Positions 62,355 to 64,000 of a stretch of 64,000 nucleotides of DNA are shown here, in pieces. Source of the DNA: Hypanus sabinus (lineage: Eukaryota); the NCBI RefSeq assembly GCF_030144855.1, contig NC_082724.1, positions 24,118,001-24,182,000 of the forward strand, in the 5' to 3' direction. The number at the start of each line of letters is the position of its first letter. Positions within the stretch are counted from its first letter, which is position 1. Made by a program: the position numbers and the translations under genes. The notes under the pieces were generated by a model. That model had not been told where the DNA came from and ran no database searches. It was given only the letters and a program-made list of their open reading frames with translations.

Positions 62355-62486
62355 TCATGTTGTGCCATTTTTTAGCAGGATGCTTTGCAAGTCTTCCGGC
62401 AATGATAAAATTATTGCTTCAGTGTGCATCTGCAATTTCTTCAATGTGTCTTGTTTCACAGGAAGGTGATGTTGCTTGGCCTGGAG
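62355..62486 (-). CDS. DENND6A: DENND6A last coding exon (remainder right of the window)
   Basis: Acceptor tcctctccattaag, then LQAKQHHLPVKQDTLKKLQMHTEAIILSLPEDLQSILLKNGTT*. Resembles the DENND6A C-terminus (LPVKPDT.EKL..HIDAIILALPEDLQGILLK). Syntenic with ARF4. Confidence 0.88.
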   Translation of the reverse strand, partial: LQAKQHHLPVKQDTLKKLQMHTEAIILSLPEDLQSILLKNGTT

Positions 62487-64000
62487 CTTAATGGAGAGGA
62501 TGTGTATTAAGAAAATCTCAGTATTCCATAGTCACATTACATTTATTTTAATAATGAAACATCTACGTACAAAATATTTCATGGGAGCAATTAATTTCTT
62601 GTTATATGGTGTTATCAGTTACTCCATCTCAACCGTTCTTTCACAATTATTTCCTGTGTGATTTTAGTTCTCCCTGCTTTCACTTCCAAATATAGAGCTA
62701 CATGTTTTGTAATCAAACTGAAAGACAGTGGCATAGAAGCTGGTTTGTTCAGCAACAGTGCGATGGTTAGAAACAAAAAAGAAAGATCAGTCATTCATAA
62801 AATGTCCGTTGACAGGAATATAAGCTTCACTTCTTTCCTAGGCCTAACTACTTTTGAGAAGGTTGTGGTGACCAGTGTTTTGAACTGGTGAAGCTACTTG
62901 TACAGAGTGATGGTTTCAGAATTTAGAATCAATGACAACAGAAACCCAGTAACACATTCAAAACCAGCATAGTGTGACACTTCGAGAAGAACTTGCAGAA
63001 GGTGGTATTCTTGCATGCTTGATTAGTAGCTGCTGTTGGAGTAGCTCAGAGAGCCCCTGCAGTAAACATGTAATGGTATAACTGGCAGGAGAGCATACCA
63101 GTGTTGGAGGGAATTAATTTTATACATGGCCAGTTAAGTCATTTAATGGTGTTGTCAGAGATGCTCACATCTTGTCAATTAAAGGGTAATTTGTTATTTT
63201 ATGGATTGTAGGTACTGGAAGGGGTAGTCACTTGCCACAGGCCAAGACTTGCCAGTGACCTGCTTTTGGAATCAGAGTTTTTATATGACTGTTCCAGTTA
63301 AGATTCTGATGGTGGGTATTCAGCAATGATGTCCTCGGAAGGATAGACAGTTAACTTGCTTATGTAGGAGATGGCCATTGTCCAGCATCTTCATGGTATG
63401 AGTTACTTGCTACATCAGCACATCTTTAGATGCTAATCAACAAACTCTAGAATCTGAAATAATTTAGCCTGGAGAATTGCAAAATCATACCCACTTCTGG
63501 CCTCAAATGATGGAAGGAAGGAATTGTATGTACCTAATCATGTATCTGACAGCATATACTGCTTTCAGTTCTAGGTTACTACCGCCTACTTTAGAAACCT
63601 GGTGAAAATAAAGCCATTTCCATCACAGCAAGACCCTTGTCTTCTTCAGGATAAAAGCCTTCAAGCTACAGCTCATTGCTATGCATTCACACAAACCTCC
63701 AGAATTTACTACACAGTCTCTTTTTGACCTATGAATTTTCTCTTAGGCCAAAGCTATTACCTGAAAGCTCCTGGTGACACATTTCAGTCATTGCTGTTGC
63801 TCAGTTTGTTCCTGAATGAACACAATTGCTTGACCACATTATCTTTAATTATTTGTCAGCTAATGGTGACAGGAAATTTAGAGGTCATTACTGACAAGGC
63901 TAGCTTCTTGCATTTAACACCACTTTATAATCCCCATTTGCAAGATGTTTCATTTGTGTTGTATATATGGTCAGACCTGTTTTTTGTATTGACGAGTAAC

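Noticed and set aside
62500-64000. Penultimate DENND6A exon
   Set aside because: No matching coding sequence found by eye; probably beyond the window.

Overview
Vertebrate nuclear DNA, most likely a cartilaginous fish (ray or shark). This is inferred from the V-SINE, CR1, Rex1-like and Penelope-like repeat families. The window is AT-rich with two CpG islands. Four host genes were assembled by hand from GT-AG splice sites and reading frame. (1) A 10-exon V-ATPase accessory subunit S1 (Ac45)-family gene on +, <1-20888; its start codon lies just left of the window. Its C-terminal half is ATP6AP1L-like, but it keeps the full ATP6AP1-type N-terminal exons. (2) PDE12 on +, 3 exons, 32959-39023. (3) A divergent ARF4 on -, 6 exons, 57517-42164. 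(4) The last coding exon of DENND6A on -, 62486-62355. PDE12-ARF4-DENND6A matches the human 3p14 order. Mobile DNA includes an uninterrupted Tigger/pogo DD32D transposase ORF lacking one terminal repeat, a twin-primed (5'-inverted) L1 nested inside another L1 with both 15-bp TSDs visible, and a CR1 interrupted by a Tc1 and by a younger CR1. There are also solo LTRs, a foldback mariner MITE, SINEs and a decayed tRNA-Lys(CTT) beside the ARF4 promoter. No prokaryote-type system or CRISPR array is present. All homology calls come from recalled family motifs, not database searches.
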